From contig NZ_JABEZU010000001.1 in assembly GCF_013149785.1 (NCBI RefSeq), positions 930,001 to 994,000 of the forward strand: 64,000 nucleotides of DNA, in the 5' to 3' direction. The DNA comes from Isoptericola halotolerans. Lineage in GTDB: Bacteria; Actinomycetota; Actinomycetes; Actinomycetales; Cellulomonadaceae. The translations under genes and the position numbers were made by a program. Shown here piece after piece: positions 12,070-20,202 of this stretch. The notes under the pieces were generated by a model, which was not told where the DNA came from, searched no databases, and saw only the letters and a program-made list of their open reading frames with translations. Positions within the stretch are counted from its first letter, which is position 1, and each line of letters opens with the position of its first letter.

Positions 12070-12777
12070 TCAGCGGGCGGTGCGGTAGCGCTCGACGACC
12101 ACGTCGACCATCTCGTCGGGTGCGGCGGCGTCGGGCAGCAGCAGCGGGCCGGTGGTGACGTCGCCGCCGGCCTTCTCCGCCAGCGTCTGGAAGTAGCCGG
12201 GCGCGATGAGGTAGCTCGCGGTGACCACGCGGGTACCGGGATGCTCGGCTCGCACGGCCGCGACGACGTCGGGCACCCGCGGGGTGGCGTTGGCGATGTA
12301 GCCCACGCTCACCGGGTGCCCGGTGCGCTCGGCGAGCGACGTCCCCATGCGTTCGCAGTCGGCCACCGCGCGGTCGTCGGAGGAGCCGGCGGCGGCGAGG
12401 ACGATGACGTCACCGTCGGCGAGGCCGGCCTCGGTGAGCCGGCGCTCGAGGAGGTCGACGAGCCGCGGGTCCGGGCCGAGCGCTCCGGCGAGGGTCACGT
12501 CGCGGCCCTGGGCCAGCGCCGCGTCGACGTCCTCGCGCAGGTCGACGTGGACGTGGAACCCGGCGGACAGCAGCAGCGGCACGATGACGGTGCGCCCGTC
12601 GCGGAGCCCGTCGAGGCAGGTGGGGACGTCGGGCTGCTGCACGTCGACGAACCCGGCGTGCACCGGCGCCTCGCCGGCGAGGCGGTCGGCGACGGCGTCG
12701 ACCAGGGTGGCGACGGCGCCCGCGCCCACGGGCGAGGAGGTGCCGTGCGAGATCGCGAGGAGGGTCGGTGCGGTCAT
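12070..12777 (-). CDS. sirB: sirohydrochlorin chelatase (SirB/CbiX family)
   Basis: SHGT, FVDVQQP, VPLLLSAGFHVHVDL, LGPDPRL, AGSSD; start refined to ATG 12777. Confidence 0.9.
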   Translation of the reverse strand: MTAPTLLAISHGTSSPVGAGAVATLVDAVADRLAGEAPVHAGFVDVQQPDVPTCLDGLRDGRTVIVPLLLSAGFHVHVDLREDVDAALAQGRDVTLAGALGPDPRLVDLLERRLTEAGLADGDVIVLAAAGSSDDRAVADCERMGTSLAERTGHPVSVGYIANATPRVPDVVAAVRAEHPGTRVVTASYLIAPGYFQTLAEKAGGDVTTGPLLLPDAAAPDEMVDVVVERYRTAR

Positions 12778-12834
12778 GTCCGCCACGCTACGCGGCGAAA
12801 GCGTTCGCGGGGGTGACACCCGTGTGACGCCCGG

Positions 12835-14094
12835 TCACGACGTGCTCACGGCGTCGTGCCCGGCGGCGTGAGGTTCCCAGTCGGGGCACAGGCGCACGAC
12901 GTCGCCCACCACGGTGACCGCCGGGGGCTGCACCCCGGCTGCGGCGGCACGCCCGGCGATGGTCGCCAGGGTCCCGAGCGTGACGCGCTGCCGCGGGCCG
13001 TACCCGTCCTCCACCACGGCGACCGGGGTCTCGGCGGGGCGACCGGCCGAGACCAGCGCCTCGGCCGTCCGCGCCAGCCGGGTGACGCCCATGAGCAGCA
13101 CCAGCGTGTGATCCGTCCCGCCGGGGACGTCGTCCAGGGCCTCGTGGGCCGTCAGCACGCTGAACCCGGCGGCCACGCCACGGTGCGTCACGGGGATGCC
13201 GACGGCGGCGGGCACCGAGACCGCGGACGTCACGCCGGGCACCACCTCGACCTCGACGCCCGCCGCGCGGCAGGCGGCGACCTCCTCGCCGCCACGGCCG
13301 AACACGTACGGGTCGCCGCCCTTGAGCCGCACCACGTCCCGGCCGGCCCGGGCGTGCTCGACCAGGAGCTCGTTGATGCGCTCCTGCGGTACCGGGTGGT
13401 TGCCGGACGCCTTGCCCACGTCGATCACCTCGACGTCGTCCGCGAGCGTCGTCAGCAGCGACCGCGGTCCGAGCCGGTCCACGACGACGACGTCGGCGCT
13501 CGCCAGGAGCCGGCGCCCGCGGCCGGTGACCAGTCCCGGCGCGCCGGGCCCACCACCGACCAGGGCGACCCGGCCGGGGCGGGTGCCGCCGTCCTCACCC
13601 CGGGAGTCGTCGAGCCGTGCGCGGACGCGCCGCAGCGGCAGCTCGCCGGCCGCCAGGGACGCGGCGACCGCGTCCCGGAGGCGCACGGCGCGGCGGGGGT
13701 CCCGGCCGGCGTGGACCGCGACGGTCACGTCCTCGAGCCGGGTGACCGCCGGCACCCACGCCGAGGCGGCCGCTGCGTCGGAGGCGACGACGCAGAACGT
13801 CCGCGCTGCCTCGGCGTCGGCGGCCACGGCGGTGTCCACGGCCGGGTCACCGGTCGCGGTGTGGACCAGCCAGGCGCCGTCGAGGTCACCGACCGTGTAG
13901 CCGCGGGGCCGGTGCTCGACGGTGCCGTCCGCGACGAGCGCGGCGAGGCCCTCGCTCAGCGCGGGGGCCACGACGCGCACCCGGGCGCCGGCGTCGAGCA
14001 GGCCACGGACCCGGCGTGCGGCGACCGGCCCGCCGCCGACGACGACGACGAGCCGGCCGTGCACGCGCAGGCCGAGGGGGTAGAGGTCGCTCAC
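12835..14094 (-). CDS. cysG: uroporphyrinogen-III C-methyltransferase with N-terminal precorrin-2 dehydrogenase domain (CysG-like)
   Basis: YPLGL...[40 protein letters not shown]; start refined to GTG 14094. Confidence 0.9.
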   Translation of the reverse strand: MSDLYPLGLRVHGRLVVVVGGGPVAARRVRGLLDAGARVRVVAPALSEGLAALVADGTVEHRPRGYTVGDLDGAWLVHTATGDPAVDTAVAADAEAARTFCVVASDAAAASAWVPAVTRLEDVTVAVHAGRDPRRAVRLRDAVAASLAAGELPLRRVRARLDDSRGEDGGTRPGRVALVGGGPGAPGLVTGRGRRLLASADVVVVDRLGPRSLLTTLADDVEVIDVGKASGNHPVPQERINELLVEHARAGRDVVRLKGGDPYVFGRGGEEVAACRAAGVEVEVVPGVTSAVSVPAAVGIPVTHRGVAAGFSVLTAHEALDDVPGGTDHTLVLLMGVTRLARTAEALVSAGRPAETPVAVVEDGYGPRQRVTLGTLATIAGRAAAAGVQPPAVTVVGDVVRLCPDWEPHAAGHDAVSTS

Positions 14095-14122
14095 GACGCT
14101 GATCCTCGCAGGCTCGGACGGC

Positions 14123-15007
14123 TCAGATGTGCAGGCCGCACTCGGACTTGTCCGCACCGGACCAACGACCGGCACGGGCGTCCTCGCCCGGGGCGACACG
14201 ACGGGTGCAGGGCTCGCAGCCGATCGACGGGTACCCGTCGTTCAGGAGCGGGTTGACCGTGAGCCCGTGGGCCAGCGCGTAGCCGACCAGCTCGTCGTCC
14301 GACCAGGCGGCGATGGGGTTGATCTTCACCAGGTTGTTCGACGCGTCCCACGAGACCAGCTCGGCCGAGGCACGCGAGCCGGAGTCGGCACGGCGGACGC
14401 CCGTGGCCCAGGCCTCGTAGCCGGAGAGGATGTCCCTCATGGGTTCGACCTTGCGGATCCGGCAGCAGGCCTCGGGGTCCCGGGCGAACAGGTCGGGGCC
14501 GTAGGCCTCGGCCTGCTGCGCGACGCTGAGCCGCGGACGGACGTCGACGATCGTCACGTCGAGCTGGTGCGCGACCGCGTCGCGGGTGCCCAGCGTCTCC
14601 GCGAAGTGGTAGCCGGTGTCGCCGAACAGGACGTCCACCCAGGGCAGCTGCTCGCTGACGAGCGCGGACAGCACGGAGTCGGTCATGGAGGACGCGACCG
14701 CGAGGGAGTCGCCGAACTGCTCGACGGCCCACGCGATGACGTCGTGCGCGCTCGCCTCGTCCGGCGATCCGATCCCGGACCCGCCCAGCTCGCGCCGCCC
14801 GCGGGCGGCGATCTGGCTCAGCTCGGCGTCCGAGCGACGGCGACGCTCGCGGCCGTCGACACGGGCACGTCGCCGAGCGCGGGACTGCTCCCGCTCGGCC
14901 GCGCGGCGCTTGGCCGCCTCGGCGGCGCCGGCCAGCGAGGAGCTGGCCCCCGCGGGTGCGCCGGTGGCGTTCGGGCCCACCCCGAGGGCGACCGAGACGG
15001 CCGTCAC
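14123..15007 (-). CDS. cysH: APS/PAPS reductase
   Basis: DTGYHF, CCRIRKVEP, TGVRRAD, GYPSIGCEPCT, RAGRW, KSECGLH; GTG 15007 overlaps the sir stop. Confidence 0.93.
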   Translation of the reverse strand: MTAVSVALGVGPNATGAPAGASSSLAGAAEAAKRRAAEREQSRARRRARVDGRERRRRSDAELSQIAARGRRELGGSGIGSPDEASAHDVIAWAVEQFGDSLAVASSMTDSVLSALVSEQLPWVDVLFGDTGYHFAETLGTRDAVAHQLDVTIVDVRPRLSVAQQAEAYGPDLFARDPEACCRIRKVEPMRDILSGYEAWATGVRRADSGSRASAELVSWDASNNLVKINPIAAWSDDELVGYALAHGLTVNPLLNDGYPSIGCEPCTRRVAPGEDARAGRWSGADKSECGLHI

Positions 15008-16746
15008 TGCAGCGCCTCCTCGTCGGCCCGGTGCGCCCACTGGGCGAACGTCTCGGTACCGTCCCGGTCCGACTCGTAGCGACGCACGACCCGTTCGACG
15101 TAGTCGGCCAGGTCGGTGGACGGCACCTTGAGCCCGCGCACCGTGCGGCCCAGCTCGGCGGTGTCGCGTCCCTTCTCGACGAGGCCGCCGCCCAGGTGCA
15201 CCTGGAACCCCGGCACCTGCTCGCCGTCGACCGTGATGATCTGGCCCTTGAGGCCGATGTCCGCCGTCTGGATCCGGGCGCACGAGTTGGGGCAGCCGTT
15301 GACGTTGAGGGAGATGGGCCGGCCCAGGCGCGCCTCGACGTCGCCGAGCCGGTCCTCGAGCTCGCCGATGACCCGGGCTGCCGTGTCCTTGGTCTCCACG
15401 ATCGCCAGCTTGCAGTACTCGATGCCGGTGCAGGCGATCGTGGATCGCCGGAACAGGCTGGGCCGGGCCGTCAGGCCGAGCGGCTCCAGGCCCTCGACCA
15501 GCTCGTCCACGCGGTCCGCCGGGACGCCGAGGATGACGACCTTCTGGTGGGCGGTCAGTCGGGCGGCCTCCGCGCCGACCTTCTCGACCAGGTCGGCCAG
15601 GCCCGTCAGCGTGCCGCCGCCGACGCGGCCGACGACGGGAGCGGCCCCGACGTAGAACCGCCCGTCCTTCTGCTCGTGGACGCCCACGTGGTCGCCCGGG
15701 CGGGTGGCCGGTGCCGGCGCGGGGCCGTCCGGGAGCTCGTAGCCGAGGTACTCAGACTGGAGAACTTCCCTGAACTTCTCGGTGCCCCAGTCCTTGAGGA
15801 GGAACTTCAGGCGTGCCTTGTTCCGCAGGCGGCGGTACCCGTAGTCGCGGAAGATCTGGACGACCCCGTGCCAGACGTCGGGCGCCTGCTCGGCGGTGAC
15901 GAACACCCCGAGGCGTTCGCCGAGCCGGGGGTTCGTCGACAGCCCGCCGCCGACCCACAGGTCGAAGCCCGCACCGAGCTCGGGGTGACGGACGCCGACG
16001 AGCGAGATGTCGTTGATCTCGTGCACGACGTCCAGGCTGGGGTGCCCCGTGATCGCCGTCTTGAACTTGCGGGGCAGGTTGGCCAGGTCCGGGTCGCCGA
16101 TGTAGCGCTTCTTGATCTCGAGGATGACCGGCGTCGGGTCGAGGATCTCGTCCGCCGCGACGCCGGCCACGGGGCTGCCGAGGAACGGACGGGGAGAGTC
16201 GCCGCACGCCGTCGTCGTCTCGAGGTTCACGGCGTCGAGGCGGCGCCAGATCTCCGGCATGCTCTCGACCTCGATCCAGTGGTACTGGATGTTCTGCCGG
16301 TCGGTGATGTCGGCGCTGCCCCGGGCGAAGTCGGCCGAGATCTCGCCGAGCACGCGCAGTGCGTTCGCGTCGAGGGCCTGCCCGTCGGTGCGCACGCGGA
16401 GCATGAAGTAGCGGTCCTCGAGCTCGTGCGGCTCCAGGGTGGCGGTGCGGCCGCCGTCGATGCCCGGCTTGCGCTGCGTGTACAGCCCCCACCAGCGGAA
16501 ACGTCCGTGCAGGTCGTCACCGGGGATGGAGTCGAAGCCCTCGTGGGCGTAGATGTTCTCGATCCGCTCGCGCACGGCGAGGGAGTCGGACTCCTGCTTG
16601 AACTCCTCGTTGTGGTTCAGCGGGGTCTTGCCGTCGATCTTCCACTGGCCGTTCGGCCGCGCGGCGCGTGCGGGCCGGGCCGGGCGCTCGGAGCGTGCGG
16701 CGGCAGCGTCGGAGGCCTGTTCGGCGGGGGTGGTCTGCGTCGTCAT
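15004..16746 (-). CDS. sir: ferredoxin-dependent sulfite reductase (nitrite/sulfite reductase family)
   Basis: RWWGLYTQR, DITDRQNIQ, ACGDSPR, LPRKFK, CTGIEYC, GCPNSC siroheme/4Fe-4S ligands. Confidence 0.93.
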   Translation of the reverse strand: MTTQTTPAEQASDAAAARSERPARPARAARPNGQWKIDGKTPLNHNEEFKQESDSLAVRERIENIYAHEGFDSIPGDDLHGRFRWWGLYTQRKPGIDGGRTATLEPHELEDRYFMLRVRTDGQALDANALRVLGEISADFARGSADITDRQNIQYHWIEVESMPEIWRRLDAVNLETTTACGDSPRPFLGSPVAGVAADEILDPTPVILEIKKRYIGDPDLANLPRKFKTAITGHPSLDVVHEINDISLVGVRHPELGAGFDLWVGGGLSTNPRLGERLGVFVTAEQAPDVWHGVVQIFRDYGYRRLRNKARLKFLLKDWGTEKFREVLQSEYLGYELPDGPAPAPATRPGDHVGVHEQKDGRFYVGAAPVVGRVGGGTLTGLADLVEKVGAEAARLTAHQKVVILGVPADRVDELVEGLEPLGLTARPSLFRRSTIACTGIEYCKLAIVETKDTAARVIGELEDRLGDVEARLGRPISLNVNGCPNSCARIQTADIGLKGQIITVDGEQVPGFQVHLGGGLVEKGRDTAELGRTVRGLKVPSTDLADYVERVVRRYESDRDGTETFAQWAHRADEEALQ

Positions 16747-16878
16747 CCTGGGGGGTTCCTCGGGTCCTCGGGGGGCGGGACGCGCGACGACGAAGGCTCA
16801 GCAGGGGTGGGCCGAGACCGACGGCGCGCGCCGATGCTCAGGTCCGCAGGTGCGGTGGGGGGCTGAGGTGGGGCGCGA

Positions 16879-16983
16879 TCAGCGACAGGAGCACTGACAG
16901 CTGCACATGCGCGTACGCAGGCAGGGGCGCGCCGACATGTCACGACGGGTGGTCGTGAGGGAGCGGGACGCGGCCGTGGTCAT
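16879..16983 (-). CDS. Cys-rich leader peptide (34 aa), putative cysteine-sensing attenuator uORF
   Basis: MTTAASRSLTTTRRDMSARPCLRTRMCSCQCSCR*; TAGATT -10 hexamer 7 nt upstream of ATG; ends 132 nt before sir. Confidence 0.8.
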   Translation of the reverse strand: MTTAASRSLTTTRRDMSARPCLRTRMCSCQCSCR

Positions 16984-17118
16984 ACCGAGGAATCTAACCC
17001 GGGATGCCCAGTGCGCGAAACCCCTCGTCCGCATGCTGGGACCGGCGCCACGGAGTGAGACGGTCGGGGGTCTTCGGCGGTGGCCCGACAGGCGGTGCGC
17101 CGCCGATAGGCTGTCGTC

Positions 17119-17490
17119 ATGGAGTTCCTCTACAACGTTCTCACCGTGCTGCACTTCATCGGATGGGCCATCGTCCTGGGGGGCTACCTCGCTTCCCTGC
17201 GCAGCCCGGGCCTGTACCGCGGGGTCTTCCACGGCGCGGCGACGGCGCTGGTCGCGGGTGTGCTGATGGTCGGCGTCGCGGAGATGGGCGGTGTCTGGGG
17301 CGACGACGGCCCCGACATGGCCAAGATCGGCGTGAAGCTGGTCGTCGCCCTCGTCGTCGCGGTGCTGGCGTTCGTGGCCAAGCGCCAGGGCAGCAAGGCG
17401 GACAACGGCACCGGTGCCGTCGCGCCCGCCCTGAAGCACAGCCTCGGCGTGCTCGTGGTGATCAACATCATCGTCGCCGTCTTCTGGTGA
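17119..17490 (+). CDS. four-TM integral membrane protein
   Basis: LHFIGWA...KIGVKLVVAL...AVFW; TAGGCT 6 nt upstream. Confidence 0.75.
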   Translation: MEFLYNVLTVLHFIGWAIVLGGYLASLRSPGLYRGVFHGAATALVAGVLMVGVAEMGGVWGDDGPDMAKIGVKLVVALVVAVLAFVAKRQGSKADNGTGAVAPALKHSLGVLVVINIIVAVFW

Positions 17491-17530
17491 CCCGCCCCGA
17501 CCTGGCGCCCCCGCGAGGCGGGCGGGTCCG

Positions 17531-18013
17531 GTGAGCGCTCTCGGCGAGGTCCTCGTCGGTCTCGCGATCGCCGTGGGGCTGGTCGGCATCATCGTCCAGA
17601 TCCTGCCCGGCAACGCCCTCGTGCTCGGCTCCGTGCTCGTGTGGGCCTGGGTCACGGGTGGCACGACCGCCTGGGTCTGCTTCGCGGTGGCCGCGTTGCT
17701 GATCGTCGTCGCGGAGACGGGTCAGTGGCTCCTGGCAGGACGGCACATGCGCCGCGCCGAGGTGCCCTGGTCGACCCTCGCCGTCGGCGGTCTGGCCGCG
17801 GTGGTGGGCTTCTTCGTGGTCCCGGTGATCGGGCTCTTCCTCTTCTTCACCGCCGCTGTGCTCGTCATGGAGTACCTGCGCCGGCGGGACGGCCGGGCTG
17901 CGTGGCGGGCGACCGTGGCCGCGCTGCAGGCGACAGCCATCACCATCGGGATCCAGCTCCTCGGAGGGCTGGCGGCGACGCTCACCTGGGTGGCCGGGCT
18001 GTTCCTGACCTGA
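17531..18013 (+). CDS. DUF456-family membrane protein
   Basis: GLVGIIVQILPG, GFFVVPVIGLFL...EY pattern. Confidence 0.8.
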   Translation: MSALGEVLVGLAIAVGLVGIIVQILPGNALVLGSVLVWAWVTGGTTAWVCFAVAALLIVVAETGQWLLAGRHMRRAEVPWSTLAVGGLAAVVGFFVVPVIGLFLFFTAAVLVMEYLRRRDGRAAWRATVAALQATAITIGIQLLGGLAATLTWVAGLFLT

Positions 18014-18050
18014 CACCTGCGGGCACGGCGACGGGTGCGACCATGGGGCC

Positions 18051-18491
18051 GTGCAGATCCTCACCCGGCCCCTCGACGCCCTCGACCCCCGGACCGCGTT
18101 CGGCATCTGGCGGCTGCGCCAGGACGTCTTCGTCGTCGAGCAGCGGTGCGCCTACCCCGACCTCGACGACCGTGACCTCGAGCCCGGCACCCGGCACGTC
18201 GTCCTCGTCGACGACGACCGCGTCGTCGGCACGGCCCGGGTCCTCGACGACGGCGACGTCCAGCGCATCGGTCGCGTGGTGTGCCACCCGGACGTGCGGG
18301 GGAGCGGGGCGTCCGGTGAGCTGATGCGCGCCGCCGTCGACGCCGCGACGCAGGCGGCGCCGTCGTCGGACGTGGTGCTGGGCGCGCAGTCGCCGCTCGT
18401 GGGCTGGTACGCGACGTTCGGCTTCGCTCCCGACGGGCCGGAGTACCTCGAGGACGACATCCCCCACACCCCGATGCGACTGCAGCGCTGA
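18051..18491 (+). CDS. ElaA-like GNAT acetyltransferase
   Basis: RQDVFVVEQRCAYPDLD, IGRV, GAQ...YLEDDIPH. Confidence 0.9.
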   Translation: MQILTRPLDALDPRTAFGIWRLRQDVFVVEQRCAYPDLDDRDLEPGTRHVVLVDDDRVVGTARVLDDGDVQRIGRVVCHPDVRGSGASGELMRAAVDAATQAAPSSDVVLGAQSPLVGWYATFGFAPDGPEYLEDDIPHTPMRLQR

Positions 18492-18500
18492 CCGGCGGGC

Positions 18501-20105
18501 TCAGCCTGCCGCGGGCAGCCGCTGCGTCACCACGGGGGTGACCACGACCTCGAGCGCGTACGACCCGTCGAGCGCGTCGTCGAGCGCCGACTGCAGGTCG
18601 TCGAGCGGTGGCAGGTCCTCCGACGGGCCCGCCAGCTCGACGACGACGGTGGCCGCGCCGACGTCGACGTTCGTCAGGCCGAGCGCCGAGTCGTCGCCGA
18701 GCCAGTCGCTCACCGTCGCCTGGGCCTCGCGTCCGTCCGCGGAGGTGGTCAGCAGCCCGCCGGTCGTCAGGAGCAGCGGGACCAGGATGATCAGCGCGGC
18801 CGCGACGAACGGTGTCAGGGTGAGCAGCACCCGCCGTCCCCCCTGGCGCAGCCGTTGGGGGTTGGCCAGACCTGCCAGGACGAAGACGACCGAGGCAGAC
18901 AGCACGATCGAGACGAAGTTCGTCGAGAACAGCAGGAGCGCGCCGGCGGCGTCGCCGGGGTGCGACGCCGCGAGGGCGACCCCCACCACCGATAACGGGG
19001 GGACCAGGGCGACGGCGATGGCGACCCCGGCGATCGAGGGGGCGACGCGGCGGTCGACCGTCGCGAACGCGCCGGCCGCCCCGGCGGCTATCGCGACGAG
19101 CATGTCGAGCAGCGTCGGGTTCACCCGCGAGGTGATCTGGCTGTTGGTGTCGAAGGGGACGACGGCGGGCACCCACGAGGCGATGGCGTAGGCGATGACG
19201 ACGGCGGCGGTCGCCCCGGCCACGATGAGCAGCAGCGAGCCGATCGCCCGTCGTGGCCAACCGCTCACCAGCGCCGCGGCGAGCCCGAGGATCGGCGTCA
19301 TCAGCGGTGCGACGAGCATCGCCCCGATGACCACGGCCGTCGAGTCCTGCAGGACGGCGAGGGTGGCGATGCACACGCTCAGCACGAGCATCGACCACCA
19401 GGCCACCTGCTTCGCCGCCCGCTCGGGTCGCTCGAGATAGAGCTGCTCCGCCAGGAGGGTGCGACGCCGGGTCCCGACGTCCACGTGCTCCACCCACCAC
19501 CACAGCAGCTCCGTCAGGGACGGGTAGGCACCGCTGGGTGCCGGCGTGATACCTGCCGCGACCCGGTAGCCGTAGACGAGGGTCACCGCTCCGCCGGCCA
19601 GGGCGGCGAGCCCGAGCGAGACCGTGAACCAGTCCACGACCACGTCCGGCACGGCGATGACCAGCGCGCCCAGGACGAGCCCCACGCCGCCGCCGGCGAA
19701 CCGCGGTGCCCGGCGGTCCCGGTCCCGGCTGAACAGCGCGAGCACCAGGGTCACGAGGCTGCGGAACAGCAGGTAGATCCCACCGAGGAGCAGCGTCGCC
19801 TCGAGGGCGTCGCGGAACGAGAGCAGGAAGACGGCGGCGAGGGCCACCGAGGCCAGCCCCCGCAGCAGGGCTGCCGCGCGCGCCGTCGCCCGTGCGCCGC
19901 GGCGTCCGACGGCGGTCCACAGGTCGTTGCCGCCCGAGACGACCAGCCCGATGCCGACGACGGTCTCGGCCAGGTCGACGGAGATCGCCGGGACGAGGAC
20001 GAGCACGAGGCCCACCGCGACGGCGACCGCGCCTCCGACCGTGGCCGGGTTGGCCAGGCGGGAAGGGTTCCGCAGCAGGTCGGCGCCGCGGGCCACGGGA
20101 TCCAT
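18501..20105 (-). CDS. DUF389-domain membrane protein with N-terminal HdeD/DUF308-like TM region
   Basis: DSTAVVIGAMLVAPLMTPI, GVAIAVALVPPL; start refined to ATG 20105 (TACGGT 6 nt upstream). Confidence 0.82.
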   Translation of the reverse strand: MDPVARGADLLRNPSRLANPATVGGAVAVAVGLVLVLVPAISVDLAETVVGIGLVVSGGNDLWTAVGRRGARATARAAALLRGLASVALAAVFLLSFRDALEATLLLGGIYLLFRSLVTLVLALFSRDRDRRAPRFAGGGVGLVLGALVIAVPDVVVDWFTVSLGLAALAGGAVTLVYGYRVAAGITPAPSGAYPSLTELLWWWVEHVDVGTRRRTLLAEQLYLERPERAAKQVAWWSMLVLSVCIATLAVLQDSTAVVIGAMLVAPLMTPILGLAAALVSGWPRRAIGSLLLIVAGATAAVVIAYAIASWVPAVVPFDTNSQITSRVNPTLLDMLVAIAAGAAGAFATVDRRVAPSIAGVAIAVALVPPLSVVGVALAASHPGDAAGALLLFSTNFVSIVLSASVVFVLAGLANPQRLRQGGRRVLLTLTPFVAAALIILVPLLLTTGGLLTTSADGREAQATVSDWLGDDSALGLTNVDVGAATVVVELAGPSEDLPPLDDLQSALDDALDGSYALEVVVTPVVTQRLPAAG

Positions 20106-20202
20106 GGCGTGACCGTAGCGGAGCACCGGCGGTCCGGCACCCTGGGAGCCGGCATGCCGGGGTTCCGTCGATGTCGGCGCCGGCGCCTAGGCTTGGTCCA
20201 CG

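Noticed and set aside
16879..17664. 261-aa minus-strand ORF
   Set aside because: Overlaps two real plus-strand genes; only the final 34 codons are supported as the leader peptide
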